DNA from: Nymphaea colorata
Taxonomy: Eukaryota
Assembly (NCBI RefSeq): GCF_008831285.2
Contig: NC_045138.2
Coordinates: 186,001 to 250,000 of the forward strand
DNA: 64,000 nt
Direction of reading: 5' to 3'
Under the pieces are notes generated by a model. The model saw only the letters and a list, made by a program, of their open reading frames with translations, was not told the DNA's origin and made no database searches. Both the position numbers and the translations under genes were made by a program. Positions 50,958-64,000 of the stretch are shown here, in pieces; position 1 is the first letter of the stretch, and each line of letters starts with the position of its first letter.

Positions 50958-53416
50958 TGCCATGTGAACTTACACGGTAGTCACATGCACAACATGTGGG
51001 CGTGCATCTGTATGTCGTTAGCTATTGGTAAATTCCATTTTGGATTTCACGGAGCCCTGCATCCAGTTAGTCTTGATTCTCTGATTTTGATCACATCTAG
51101 TTGAAGCAAGTTGAGCCTCATATAAGGCCTTGATCCAGGCCATGCGGACCCCAGCCCAAATTCAACAATGTTTTTCATCCAAAACCCAATTTTAGTTCAA
51201 AGCAAGCAAGGGTGGCCGAATTAAAGTTTTTAAATTTTAATTTGAGTCAAAATATTATTTTCTAAAATTTTTATATAAAACAAGTATTTCTTTTTTTAAA
51301 TCTTTTTTTAAATTTTCAATGTAAAATTTTAATTTTTTTTATGAGGTGGGGTCATAGTTCTTCCGGGCCCTATGCCCCTGAAAGCAAGATCCACAAACTC
51401 TGCTTTTACATCTGGGTTACCGAAACTACCCAGAAAAAAAAAAAAAAAAAACCCGTTCTGTTGACCAGAGGTATCACGCCAGGGAAGAACCTCGTCGGCT
51501 CCTCTGTAAATTTCATAATTTTTGCTTAAATTAATTACCTTTTATTTACCTGTTATTAGCCCAGCACTGCTGTCAAGATTAGTATGAATCGATGGATTTG
51601 AATTAATTAGGTGGCAAAATTTATTTGACTCATTGCCTACTAGAGAGTAAGTGTTGGATTTAAAGATATTTTATGTTTTTTAAAAATTTTAATAGTTGAA
51701 GAATATATTGTAGGTCCTAAACCCGACTTTTTATTGGGCCTGACTGGGGCAGCCGGCCCCATACTTAACACTGGTTACTAGTAAGTGCCAATTCTTGACC
51801 TGTACTTTAAATTAGCAAGTGCTTCTTTGCTTAATTTGGCTCAGCAATATTTAAAATGAATCAACAAAAAACCATGGGAACACAAAATCATGACCACTTC
51901 CTAATTTTTTGCCTTCCTTTGGTCCCTCTCTCTTTTATTACATTTAAATAACATACTTTTTATTTTCAATAAGAAGTGTTCAATGAGGAGGGAGTCTCAA
52001 AGTACCTGATATATATATATATTACACACACTATTATTGGATTCCTTCAGCCAATTATCGGCCTCTCATAACATGCGCCTTGACCCGATGCATGCATGAA
52101 AACACAGATGTAAAATGAGGCTGCTTGAGAAGGGAATGAATGTTATATATAAATATATATATATCGGTTCGGGCAGGGGTTGGTAGGCTGTTAGTTTCTG
52201 TTTCCTCTTGTGGTGTCAACCCTATGTGCTGGACACAGATATGCAAACAAATATGTAAACAGATATGCAAATAGTGCATAGTGGTTGTTTTTAGCAATTA
52301 AAACAAGGTTAAACATTACATGTGTAAGAACTTACACAACTCTGGTTTTCTTAGGAACCAGGACCTCACAGTTTAAATCCCTCTTTTAGAAATAATCTGA
52401 AAAGCTATATGGTCAATCCGTAAATTTTACGTTTTTTTGTTTTAAATATTGCTTTCATTTCACGGCACGACGAAGCCCGTGCAATCTTTCAAGGCAAATG
52501 TTTGTCCTGTTTGTAATAAAATAAAAGTATATATTTACATTAGTTGCGAGGTAGTAAAGAAATGCCCACCACTAATGTTCCCTTACAACTTGAAGCAACT
52601 AACAAATTAAATATTAAAAGATATTTTGCGAAAAATGAGGCATTAAAATAAATCAGAGCGGGCGGATGTAAAATATTCAAATTTGAGCATGTTTTTTTTG
52701 TGATGTTCGTTAAAATAATGAACTACTTTTTATAAAATGTTTCTTTATTCTCTATTTTGAATCCATTGCTGCTACAATAATTGGTTCCCGGATGAATCGG
52801 ATCGGTTTTTTGAAGAGATCAAAGAAATGAAAGAATCATATCAGAATTGAAGTTGGTTTTGTAGAAAGCGTGTGCAAATTAACTATAATTGTTGGTTTAA
52901 TTTAGTTCGATTGATGAGAATTGTTGGTGCCATTGATTTTAAGATAATCATTTATTTCTTTCATTAAAAAGTATTTCAATCTCTTCAAAATATGATTGAA
53001 CTTTCATTTTTTAAATTTAATTTCTGCAATTGAAATTCATTTAAAACAATGATATAGATAATTCCAATCAAATCTTGCAAATGGGCCGTTATGAATAATT
53101 AAAAAACAAAAAGAGAAAAAAAATATGATCTAATAATAAATGACGAAAATGTCTATCATATGTTAATTTTTTATTTTATTTTATTTTTTTTAACATATAA
53201 GTATCCCTTAATGTTTAAAATTTAAATAATTGTACCTAGGATCTCTAGCCCACCACTGATTTTTATATAAATATTTCTTTCGAACAACTTGCTTATAATG
53301 CATGCGGACTACGGCGGCTAGACGAACCGTCGTGGTTCGATTTTTATAATATATTTTCTGGAAAATTTGAACAATAATATGTTTCATTGGTTGAAGAAAT
53401 CCATAAACAATTGGGG
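49262..53416. repeat. Duplicate of the YUCCA 5' UTR, promoter and far-upstream region (copy B)
   Basis: 49262-50020 is collinear with 33768-34410 (GAGCTTGCTCCTCTGGTTGGCAATGGCATCATCATTTATA..GATGTGGAGGGAGGAG). 51080-51206 resembles 35160-35250, and 53260-53416 resembles 36422-36600. Confidence 0.88.
51207..51380. mobile_element. hAT MITE, CAGGGGCGG family
   Basis: Perfect 8-bp TSD AAAGCAAG (51199-51206, 51381-51388). Confidence 0.85.
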
Positions 53417-53860
53417 ATGTGAGTGAGAACAAAGATCTCCCTCACCCTTATATGATTGGTAGCTATTAGACTCACATTTAATATATAATAAATTGCATGT
53501 GAATTAGATGGCGTATGGAAAGCATATCAGTTGGTGCAGATTACGGCAGCGGATGCTCTTGAAAATCTTTCAAGACAAATGTTTGTCCTTCCTCCAATAA
53601 AATGAAAAAATTATTCACATATGTTGCGAGGTATTAAAGAAATGTCCAACAAAAACTGTTCCCTTGCAACTTGAATAACCTAACAAAGAGCAGTAATGTT
53701 CTTAAATCTTAAAGAACATTTTACAAAAAAGGAAGATCTATAATAAAAATAAGGTCGAGTTTCTAGAATTAATCAAAGCGGGTGGATTAACACATCCAAT
53801 TTGATTATGTTTTTGTAATGTTCATTAAAATAATAAACTACTTTTATAAAATATTCTTTT
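52480..53860. repeat. Dispersed ~280-bp direct repeat pair
   Basis: 52480-52750 resembles 53565-53860 (AATCTTTCAAG.CAAATGTTTGTCC..TTGCGAGGTA.TAAAGAAATG..TTCCCTT.CAACTTGAA..AAAATAAT.AACTACTTTT). Confidence 0.75.
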
Positions 53861-54702
53861 TAAAAAAGGTGTAAGTTCATTTATTCTGTATACAACTATG
53901 ATGTTCAATGAGTCCGACTCGACTCGAACTTGCTCCATAAACTTGACTAAAAGTCAACTCGTTTATTAAACGAGTTGAGTTTGAGTTAAAAAAAAAATGA
54001 ACTCTACAATCTAAACAAATCGAGGTAGAGTTAAGTGGGCTCGGCTCGAGTAAACTCATTTAAACTTGACAAAGAAAATATATAAACACATCTCATAATG
54101 TTATAAAAAAAAGCACATTGTTCAAATGGGTATGTCCATGTTCAAGTCTACATATTGCCTCTTCCTTTAAAAACATTAATTTTTTAATGAAATACTTGGC
54201 TCGGCTCAAGCTTAATTGAGCCGAGTTCGAGTTTTAAGAACTCAAGCCGAGTCGAGCTGGAGCTGGCTCAACTCGGCTCGAACTCACTCATGAACAACCC
54301 TATGTATACAAGATCACATGGGACCTATTCTGTGTTGAATTTATCTTAATCAGATTCTTTGTTATCGAATTTCAAATTAGGATTCTGGTTTGGACTTTAT
54401 CTTTTAAAACGAAATTCAGCTTTCTCAAGCATAAGATTGGACATTTATATGTAATTGTATCGGTTTTTCATGCGATCCAATTCTAATATCGGACTTAAAT
54501 TTGTATTGAGTCATGAACATGCATGCCAAATCCGAATACGATTAGTAATCTGACATGAATTTCTTTACTACATCTGCTTGAAGGAGGTTTGGGCTATAGG
54601 TGAAGAGGTTTCATGAGAGATTAATTACCAGACTCCATTTAAGTATATTTCCTAATTACTGTAAGGCTAAACTTAGATTTAGTTCATGTTTTTTTAGTTA
54701 TG

Positions 54703-54822
<120 letters not shown>

Positions 54823-54996
54823 TGATTTGGTTTTCAAGAGTCACTCAACCATCTAACCAGAACTGTTTCACTATGCTCTGGCCTTATCTGACCTTATTTA
54901 CCTAAATGAAAAAAATGTCAAGCTATTAAAACATAGTTGAACATTGTTTTGAATCAATAGTATACTCAGATTTGGAAAGGGTGGGTCTTTGATCAT

Positions 54997-55251
54997 AGTG
55001 ATCTTACCTTCCGGTGAGGGGTTTTCCACCGTCTCGCAGAAAGCCTAAGCCTCCACCCAGCCGCTCATCCCATAAAGTACAAGACTTGCTTCCAGTGCCT
55101 TGAAGTGCCACTCCAGCCACTCTTTGACTTTTGTGTTAGTAGCCTTCTTTTTTTCTTTTTGCAATACAGAGAGTTGATACCCTGAAGATTTAAAACGGAT
55201 ACTAATACCTAGGAGACCCCACCTTATCTACCGTGCCTACCCTCTCGGGGA
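54997..55251 (-). mobile_element. Short insertion with 9-bp direct flanks, possibly an old SINE
   Basis: TTTGATCAT at both 54988-54996 and 55252-55260. The minus-strand start TCCCCGAGAGGGTAGGCAC resembles the start of the SINE at 36950, but the B-box is degenerate. Confidence 0.4.
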
Positions 55252-55688
55252 TTTGATCATCTTAGTTCAAGCGGATTCCAAGCTGCACATGATCATTTTG
55301 GATGAAGAATTTTGATTTGTAACAACGAAAAATGTGTTGCTCTGTTTGCAAGGACATAAGGTAGAAACAGAGTTGATAGCGTGGTGCTTTGTTATAATAT
55401 TCTCTTATGTTTTGTTATTGTGGAGAGGATTAACAATTAATCCAGCCATTGCTCCAAAAAAATTCAAACAGAAACATTAAATCTCTATCCAATAAAATAA
55501 CATCAACTGTTTGCCAAGTGAACGCCCCTGAATCATGCCCGAACTAATTTCCTCGTAAAAATCTTTTCTTTTCTTTCCATTTCAAACTCAAAGCTTCCCT
55601 GCAACTTGGTTTTTCTTTAGACATGAACAACCAAGGCCGGATAGATTCAGCAGTCGTTACGCCATCCTTCAAGTTCTATAATCTGTAC

Positions 55689-55839
55689 GAGGGCGGAGTC
55701 AGAAAATTTTCATGAGAAGGGCCAAATTAAGTTTTTAAATTTTGAGATGGGTCAAAATATCATTTTTCAAAATATTGATATAATATAAGTGAATTTTTTA
55801 AAATTTACATGTAATTTTTTTTTGATGGATCTGCCCTTG
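55689..55839. mobile_element. hAT MITE, CAGGGGCGG family
   Basis: TSD atctgtac/atctgcac (7/8) with family-typical body. Confidence 0.75.
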
Positions 55840-55957
55840 ATCTGCACTAGCATTAACCATGCATAAATATGTGAACTATATCATATGGCGGGTACGGATA
55901 TTAGTATTATGGTACAACGATTTTAGAAAATCAGGGTATGAGGTAAGAGTGTATGTG

Positions 55958-56022
<65 letters not shown>

Positions 56023-59000
56023 ATTTAGAAAAAAATTCTCAAAATTAAATAAAAATAAGGAATCTAAGCATAAGGAAAATACAAAAAAGGGAAAACCAAA
56101 ATTAAAGCAAAAAAATATAATCATACCCACATAACCATTTTGTACTTGGGTAGATGGCACCTGCCCATGTAACAGAGCCCCAATTTTCACCGGAGAACCT
56201 TATTAATCACCATCTCCAATTTGTCATGACAGCATCCCCACATAATCTACTTGGAAAACCACAATACACCGGACTTCAATTTACATGTCCTACGGTGACT
56301 TGGACATCATGGCATTCAATATATGACGGTGAAATGCTATAATCACATGGTGGAATGCCGTAATAAACAACATGTTTTGTATATGTCCTTTTGCTCGTCA
56401 AAATATTTCTTCTGGTGGGCTCAATAAAGTTTTTAAATATTTTTTATTAATTTATATATATATATATATAATATTTTATTGTGATAAAATATATTTATAT
56501 TTTATATTTTATTAAAAATATTTTTTTTTAATTTAATAGGACAAGACCTGAGCCGTGCTCGGGCTCCAGTTTTAATGGTCGGAATGAGCCTGGGCCCAAG
56601 TTTTGGATGTCAGGCCGGCTGCATAGCCCAACTTAGACATAAGGCTGCCCCATGAACTTGCTGCATTCCTCGGCCTAACAGCCAAGAATATCATGCATGC
56701 TCTAATACAGGATGTGAACTCTTTTAACTTCCCACCACTTTCACTCACCAGGAAACATAATACTTTCCAGCCAGAAGTGGAGCCAAAAGTTTTTTCATGA
56801 GGCGGACCAAATTAAAGTTTTCAAATTTTGACTAAGGCCGAAATATTATTTTTTAAAATTTTTATATAAAACAATTGAAATTTTTCAAATTTACATATAA
56901 ATTTTTTTTTTTTTAGGTGATGCCAGAGCACATGCAGGCACCTTGGCTGCGCCCCTGTTAAGAGGCTATATAATGATATTTCCTTTAACTCGTCGTCATC
57001 TTTTCAAAAAGATAAAGGACCATGCGTTCTTTCTCAATGGATGTGAAGAGCATCAACTATTTCTTTACTTGAATAATCTTTCCCACACTCTCTGGCATGA
57101 ATTTTGATGTAAGATGCCTCCAATTTTCTTCCAAAATAGGAGGCAATCCCGGATATGTCAAAGGTTAGTTTTGAGGAGTGTAACATAGTTGGTCGATTTA
57201 AGAGATGCGCAGGAGATGTGTCCTCAGCTTGATTCTCCTGAATACTATTCTTTTAGACTACAAAATGTAGTATGCGAAAGTTGTTTCTCTGGAGCCCACC
57301 CCTGACGCCTATCATCATACATATGATCTTAGACATCTAGTAAATGTTTCATGCATAGTTTGGTTAATGACAAAAGTACCTTTCATTCACACAAAAAACA
57401 AAAAAAAAAGACAAGATAAAAATGTAAATAAAAAAAAAAGAAATGACTACAAAAAACATGTTATTTTTTTTAAATTACAAAAACATCTCCCTTCTTTTAC
57501 TGCTTTAACAATACATAAAAAACGATGCATGCAACCTTTACTAGACGTTTCCACCCTACTCAAAAAGCACTCATCTGCTGCATGAATTTATATACAAAAT
57601 TTAAAAAATTAATATTTCGTTCCCTGTCAAAATTATTGGCTCTTGAAAAAAAATTCCAAGGTCCGCCCCTTTCTATACGTTGGGAAGAGATATTTTTTCA
57701 AAGGCTAAAAATTTAAAAGTTTAATAAAAATTAATATTTTATTAAACATAATGATCGTCTTTGGAGGAAATTTAAGCATGCCACTTCAAGATTTAAATTT
57801 GAATAAGAGATTTAAATTCACAACCAAATCCGAGCCACAATATGATATGTTAAAAAAACTCAACTTCCGAAATGTATGGATATTGAATATAGAAAATTTT
57901 AACTGATCATATTAATGCTTGTCGTCCAATTGAATATTTATTTAAAACCTAATCCGAGTTAGAAGCGAACCAGATGTCATTTGATGTCATTTCCTAAGCA
58001 TGAACCTGATCAGATTTATTAACCAGATGTTAATTATTTCTCATGTTGGATATTTTCTTAGCAATTCGGTTGGATATCAAATCCGAATATGACCTTAGAC
58101 ATGTCTAGACAGCTGCAAACACGACCCATCCATTTTCAATTGAGACCGGTTATGTTGTGGTGTCCTTAAGTTAGACTAGGCACATCGGTACCTGGAATTT
58201 GGAAGTATCAGAAAATACATTTAATGTTTCTATATTGTAAAAAATGCACCTTAGTTTCTTCATGGTTAAAGAAAATCATATGGAATTTTCTTCCGTCAAG
58301 TTTGTGGCTAATCGTGGTAGAAAAACATTTCCGGTCTTCGTGAAAGAGAAAAAAAAGTGATAAGCTTCATAATTTTTATACTTTGATTATTGAAAGAGAC
58401 TATGATCAAGGCAGAACTACAGAGTTATAAGGCTGCAAAAGTTGAAGGGATGAAGAAAATAAGAATCCACTAATCAGCACAAAAAATTAATCAAGAAACC
58501 TCAATGCACTTAATTTGGGTCCAAAATAACTAAATATTAGATTATTATGATAACAGGATCTGAACTAGAACAAGTTTGTAGCTGCCGACAATATATATGT
58601 GGATTGGATTTGGGTCGAACGACAAACCCAGCCAAACAAACCTGCCCTCTTCTTACAGCTTGAGGGTTCGCGGGCATCTGATGTTGGATGTAGCGTTGGT
58701 GTCCGCTCCACCAATTAAACTATGATATTGTCCCTGTTATAGGCTGACTTCTTCAGCTCGTGCGGCACGACAAGAACGTAATTGCCGTAAGCCTTCAAAC
58801 CACCGAAAAAGAACGCAAAGAGCGTTTTTGGAAAGCAGTCCCAATTCATCATGTTTCATTCCTTAGAAAATACAACGGCCCCAAATCCAATTGACTGAAT
58901 ATATATATATATAACAAAATCATGTCATTTTCGAAAGGGACCGCCTGCAATTATCAATTGAACATGCTGTCAAACACTTTCTATTGCATTGCTTGATATC

Positions 59001-59328
59001 AGGGAATTAAAAATAATACAGATTTGGGAGTAGATTCCCAGAAAAAATGAAAAATTGGGTATGAACAAAACCCAAAACCTGACTAGAATCCAACTGAAGC
59101 TAGCGTAAGGCTGCGTTTGGTAGGTGATTATCAGGGGATCTGCGTTTGGCACTGATCTCGTGATGAAGTCAGATCCAAACACTGACCTGAACTGGGTTCG
59201 ACCTTGCACCATCCCTACCTGCTTCCTTGTTACTTATCGTGTAAGCAAAATACAGGCTAATTTCCTGGCTTGCCGTGTGGGAGACTAGGAGTTGTGCTGA
59301 TATTTGGAACATGGCTTAAAGTTATTGG

Positions 59329-59733
59329 TAGGGATGTCGATATATTCGATTTGAATCGGATATCCGATCGATCCGATCGATCCGATCCGAAAAAAATGAG
59401 TATGGATTAAAATTTAATATTTGATTAAGAGATCGGATCGGATTCGGATTTAATAAATATCATTCGATCGGATTCGGATTCGGAGTCAGATATACATGAA
59501 TATCGGATACGGATTCAGATCGGATTCATTTTTAGACAAATATCCTCTATCTAATACTTATAAAATGGCAAAATCCGATTCAAAATTCGGATTCGGATAT
59601 AAATATAAAAATCGGATTCAGATTGTAAAATCGGGAATTCGAATCTGAATCCGAATCCGAATATATGAATATCCGAAAAAGCGGATATGATTAAAGATGT
59701 ATCCGATCCGAATCCGATCCGTTGACATCCCTA
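59329..59733. mobile_element. hAT MITE with (ATCCG/CGGAT)n subterminal repeats
   Basis: TIRs TAGGGATGTC...GACATCCCTA and TSD gttattgg/gttattga (7/8). A truncated relative starts at 46985. Confidence 0.88.
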
Positions 59734-60362
59734 GTTATTGATTGGCCTTGTCTTTCAAAAACTAATCTCACCGTCAATATGAAGGCCGAAGCATTTGGCG
59801 ACACACTAATCACTATATTCCCTCACAGCAAAAACGTAGATGGCAGCAACTCTGGCCGCGAGAGAGCTGAGAGAGGGAGATGATGGCAGCGTCAGTCATG
59901 GACAGAGAGATTAAGACAGCAAGAGAAAAATGGTCACCTCTGTTCGGGGTCAGCCATGGAAAGAAAGAAAGAGACTCAAAGAAGAACATATCAGCGATGG
60001 AGAATGGAGAGAAAGAGATTTAAGGAAAGAGACTTATAGTTGCAATGGATTTCTGACGTTAGTAGCAGCTCCAGCCTCTAGCAATCTCACAGGCGTGCAG
60101 CGATGGTTGAATTTCGCATGACCATTTTTATTTAATTTTAATTTTTTTAATTAAAGAAACTAAACAGATTTTGTCCTTGAAGCATACACCTTAAGCATTG
60201 AACGTGCCATAGATGGAGGCGTACACCTCTCTACCAAATGAGGCACACCCTTCAGGGATGCGTGTGCCTCACAACCATGCTTCAAGGCATTTTTTTTTTA
60301 AATGCTTTGAATCTTTTTTTTGTGTGAAGCATACACTTTTCACAACGATTGGTTATCCCACT

Positions 60363-60552
60363 CGAGAGCGGAGTCAGAAATTTTTCATGAGGCGGACAAA
60401 TTAAAGTATATAAATTTTGACTGGGGCTAAAATATCATTTTCCAATACTTTTATATAGAACAAGCGATTTTTTTTTAAATTTACATGTAAATTTAAAAAA
60501 AAATTGAGGTGGGACCACGGTCCATGCAAGCCCTACCTTGGGGCCGCCCCTA
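60363..60552. mobile_element. hAT MITE, CAGGGGCGG family
   Basis: Perfect 8-bp TSD ATCCCACT (60355-60362, 60553-60560). Confidence 0.85.
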
Positions 60553-63189
60553 ATCCCACTACCCACTCAGGTTCTGAAGCAGTAATGCATGCCGGGGTCA
60601 TATATATATTAATTTGAAGTGAAGTATTCAATTCAAATGGACGAGTTCTTGAATTTCCTCAACAACTTGTTCAATGTAAGTCATCATGCAACTCTTTTCT
60701 TTCTTTTGATTCTCCAAAAAAAAACTAGAACCTAATATTCCCACGTGAGGTATTTATAATTGAATTGCTTAAGAAAATCAGATAATTAAAAAAACATCTT
60801 ATCAAGAAATCTGATTATATTCAGATTTAAGAAATGACATTCAATTGGATCCTGATTGTAATTTGGTTCTAAATAAGTATTTGAAAAAATTGTATTTGGT
60901 TGTAAATTCAGGTTTAAACAACTATTCTATATACAATATCCATATATTTTGGAAGTTAGTTTTTCAATAGCATCATTTTGCAGTTCGGGATCTGGTTTCA
61001 TATTTAAAAGTTTGATTATGAATTTAAAAATAGGATAAAGTTCAGATTATGAACCTAAAGACTTTTGATCAAAACGGTTTTAAAATTTTTAATCATCTCG
61101 CAACATCTGACAATCTTTTGATTTTAAAGATCTACCAAATTGAGTTGAGTTGCTAAAGCTTATAGCATTAAGAATCATTGTGAAATGAGTAATGATTTTT
61201 TTTGAAAAATTCAACATGTTTATCGTTGATATCTTGATTAGAGAACATGCATTAAAACAAATATTTGAAATAGCAACCCATGTTTTTCAAAGGGGTAAAA
61301 GTTTAACGTCTCAAATTGCTACTTTTTTTAATTACAATTTGAACCTATTTTTTTGGGAATGTTTTTTTTTTAATTTAATTTGATTATCTTAGATGGGAAA
61401 TTCCTGCCAATGAATTTTCCTTTTTATTACCTTGCCGAAGCTAACTGAGCTTGGCATATAGCGTGAATTGAGGGATCCGGTTGGGCCTCTCTTGATCCGA
61501 ATGGGCCGGTGGACATGGCGTCTGAACTCAGATCCAGGAGCTCGTAAAGTGCCCGAACCGACCCATCCCGACTCTGCTCTTGCATGGTAATGGGCCACGT
61601 CATCAAAGTATCTGAAATGGATACGATTCTGGCGTCCTGATCCGATTTAATTTTCCATGGTTTGGAATGTTGAAATAGACAGTGCCCTTTCTCTAGTTTG
61701 CATATTTGGGTTCAATGAATTGGGAAGCTAGTAATTTATCCGTATGGATCTACTTGGATTTGGGTTGGATTTAGGACTAAAAAGCCATTTGAACCTGAAT
61801 CGGATATGGTCCAACTAATTTAAAATCAAGTCTGGGCATCAGGCCGGCCCGGCCTGGCCCAGCTCGGCTCGACTCGGCTCGATAAGTAATCGGACTTGGG
61901 ACAGCATGACACCCAAAACCTGGGCCCGGGTCCAGCCCGATAAGGAGTCAGGCTTAGGCCAGCCCGACACTTGAAACCCGGGCCCAGGCCCAGCTTGACA
62001 CATAAAACCTAAGCCCAAGCCTGGTTCGGGACTGGTCTGATTAAATTAAAAAATATATATTTTTAATATAAAATACTATATATATATATGAAATTAATCA
62101 TAATAAAATATTACAATTATATATACAAATCAATAAACTTTACATTAAAAGAATATTATCGGGCCAAACCTGTCTTATCGGGACCACTTGGGCCGGCCCG
62201 AAGCCCTTTTTTCCGGGCTCGAGCCCAAGCACGAGTCTGGCCGGGTACCGAACAACTACTACAAGGCAAAACTGAATACCTAATCTCATTATGATTATTA
62301 GTCAGATTTCGTTTTCTTGCTTAATTCATTAATTTGTCAAAATATATTCAAGTTATTGACCATTGTGAGGAGGCAAGGATGTAAATCACACTTGGAAGGG
62401 ATGACAAAGAGTTGGGTTATCTGGATTCATTTAATTGTATTTGAAAAGAAAAATGAGATTGCATTAGCAACACTAGATTCAGATTTAGAATGAAGACTCT
62501 AATTAAATCCAAATGGAAGTCCCTGACCCGTCAAAAGTTCGAACCCAGACCGTAAGCAAATGTCAGATCTTATGCAGGATCCAGATCTGGCTTTAAATCA
62601 GGTCAGAATCCCAAGATCCTTCTTGTGTCTTCGTACCATCAAATAACTTCTCAGAGACTCTTCGGTTAAAGGAACAATGTGGTCTTAGAAGAGATGGTAA
62701 AGAAACATACTTTATCTTCTTGTCCTGGGAAAGCATGGTGTGATAATGCCCAATCATTAGTTAATGAATTTAAAAAATTTATTAGAAATTAGACTAAGTT
62801 TTTGCCTCAAGGAACATAGGATAGGAGGGCATTTAAAAAAACATATCTCTAGTTCGATTCTCATGGTGGGATGCCTCCACATCTTACCATGGTGGAGTAT
62901 GATGCATAGGTTGAAGGGTATACCATTGCGATCGCTGATGTCTATGATGCTCAGGACCTTGAAGGTATGGAAACACAGAGGAAAACAAGTGGAAGGATGC
63001 TTTGGGCCTTTTTTCCATGTCATGGGTTGTTAAACTCTTGCTCACCAAAAATTAGACTATGTTTCTTACCAACTTCACTTACCGCTCTAAGGGGCTCACT
63101 CCCGGCTGGACTAAGATACAACACATGACTCTACAAAGGGGTTACAAGTGGATAAAGATCTGTGGATACATCGAGGGGAGAGGCAGTGT

Positions 63190-63514
63190 TAGGGGTGGGC
63201 ATCGGGCCGGGTCGGCCCGTCGGGCCCGAAACCCGGGCCCAACCCAGCCTGATGGGGGAAAGCGGCGAGCGAGATGGGGAGCGGAGAGGGAGAGGGAGAC
63301 GGGAAGGGACTCAGGGAGAGGGAGAGCCGGAGCGGAGAGGGGGAGAGGGAGACGGGGAGTGGAGAGGGAGACGGAGAGGGGGAGGGGGAGCGGAGTGAGA
63401 GCGGGAGCGGAGACGAGAAGGAGGGGGAGTGGGAGATGGACTCACGGAGGGCGGGAGTCGGGCCGCCGCTGGGCCGGCCTATCGGGCCCGGGCCCGGCCC
63501 GATGCCCAAGCTTA
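63190..63514. mobile_element. hAT MITE (TAGGG(G)TGGGCATCGGGCC family) with a purine-rich core
   Basis: TIRs TAGGGGTGGGCATCGGGCCGG...CCGGCCCGATGCCCAAGCTTA and flanks ggcagtgt/ggcggtgc (6/8). Confidence 0.7.
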
Positions 63515-64000
63515 GGCGGTGCAGTTTGGGTCAACAAAAATGTGTTAGTTTTTATAAGGGCTTTTTGGCAATAAGAACATTTTGTAACAGTTTCATTTTG
63601 GGGCAGATTCATATTCTCTTGGCCAAACAAACTCATATTGTAACATATGTTCAAGAACATGTATATGAAATCAGCTGAACAAAGTAACACAATTTCTTCT
63701 ATCTTGGTGTAAGATATAAGGAACTGTTGGCGATCCAAGCTAACTTGGGCGATTTCCGAGACACTGGTGAGTTTGCCAACTATGATCCCAACTGTTAAAA
63801 ATCAAACGCGAAACATAACGGACAGAACAGACACATGTTCTGTGGGAATCAAAAGTCGGATAGAACTGATACTGCATTCCCTTCCTTAAAAACTGTCAAA
63901 CAGTGAACAGAGAACTGGTGTGTGCATTTTTTCTGGAGTACAGAACGTCCTATTCGTTTTGTCCCATGAATTACGAAAAAAAAAATCTTTTACCGAGTGA

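Noticed and set aside
62757..63738. ORFs of 78-171 aa near the right end
   Set aside because: They overlap a GC-rich MITE or have no recognisable motif or splice structure.

Overview
Flowering-plant nuclear DNA (AT-rich, GT-AG introns, many (TA)n/(GA)n tracts); the species cannot be fixed from the sequence alone. There are two intact minus-strand spliced genes: a clade-F-type PP2C phosphatase (CDS 4601-14730, possibly extending to 15104) and a 4-exon YUCCA10/11-type flavin monooxygenase (26450-33762, 386 aa). A FAM32A/DUF1754 gene (24677-25304) looks disabled. The rest is mostly transposon-derived: hAT MITEs with 8-bp TSDs, a decayed hAT transposase, PIF/Harbinger-type elements (one next to a PPR gene fragment in a YUCCA intron), a TRIM and a SINE. 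The standout is a complete 3.0-kb non-autonomous LTR retroelement (19061-22089, minus strand; LTRs, Met-tRNA PBS, PPT). It has no recognisable gag/pol. Its sense-strand internal frame instead encodes a divergent FHA domain resembling PS1/NIPP1/kanadaptin FHAs, in frame with a chromovirus-like Pol tail. A second notable feature is two coding-less copies of the YUCCA promoter (47.2-53.4 kb), one joined to an inverted copy of the YUCCA 3' flank. All homology calls come from reading motifs by eye; no searches were run.
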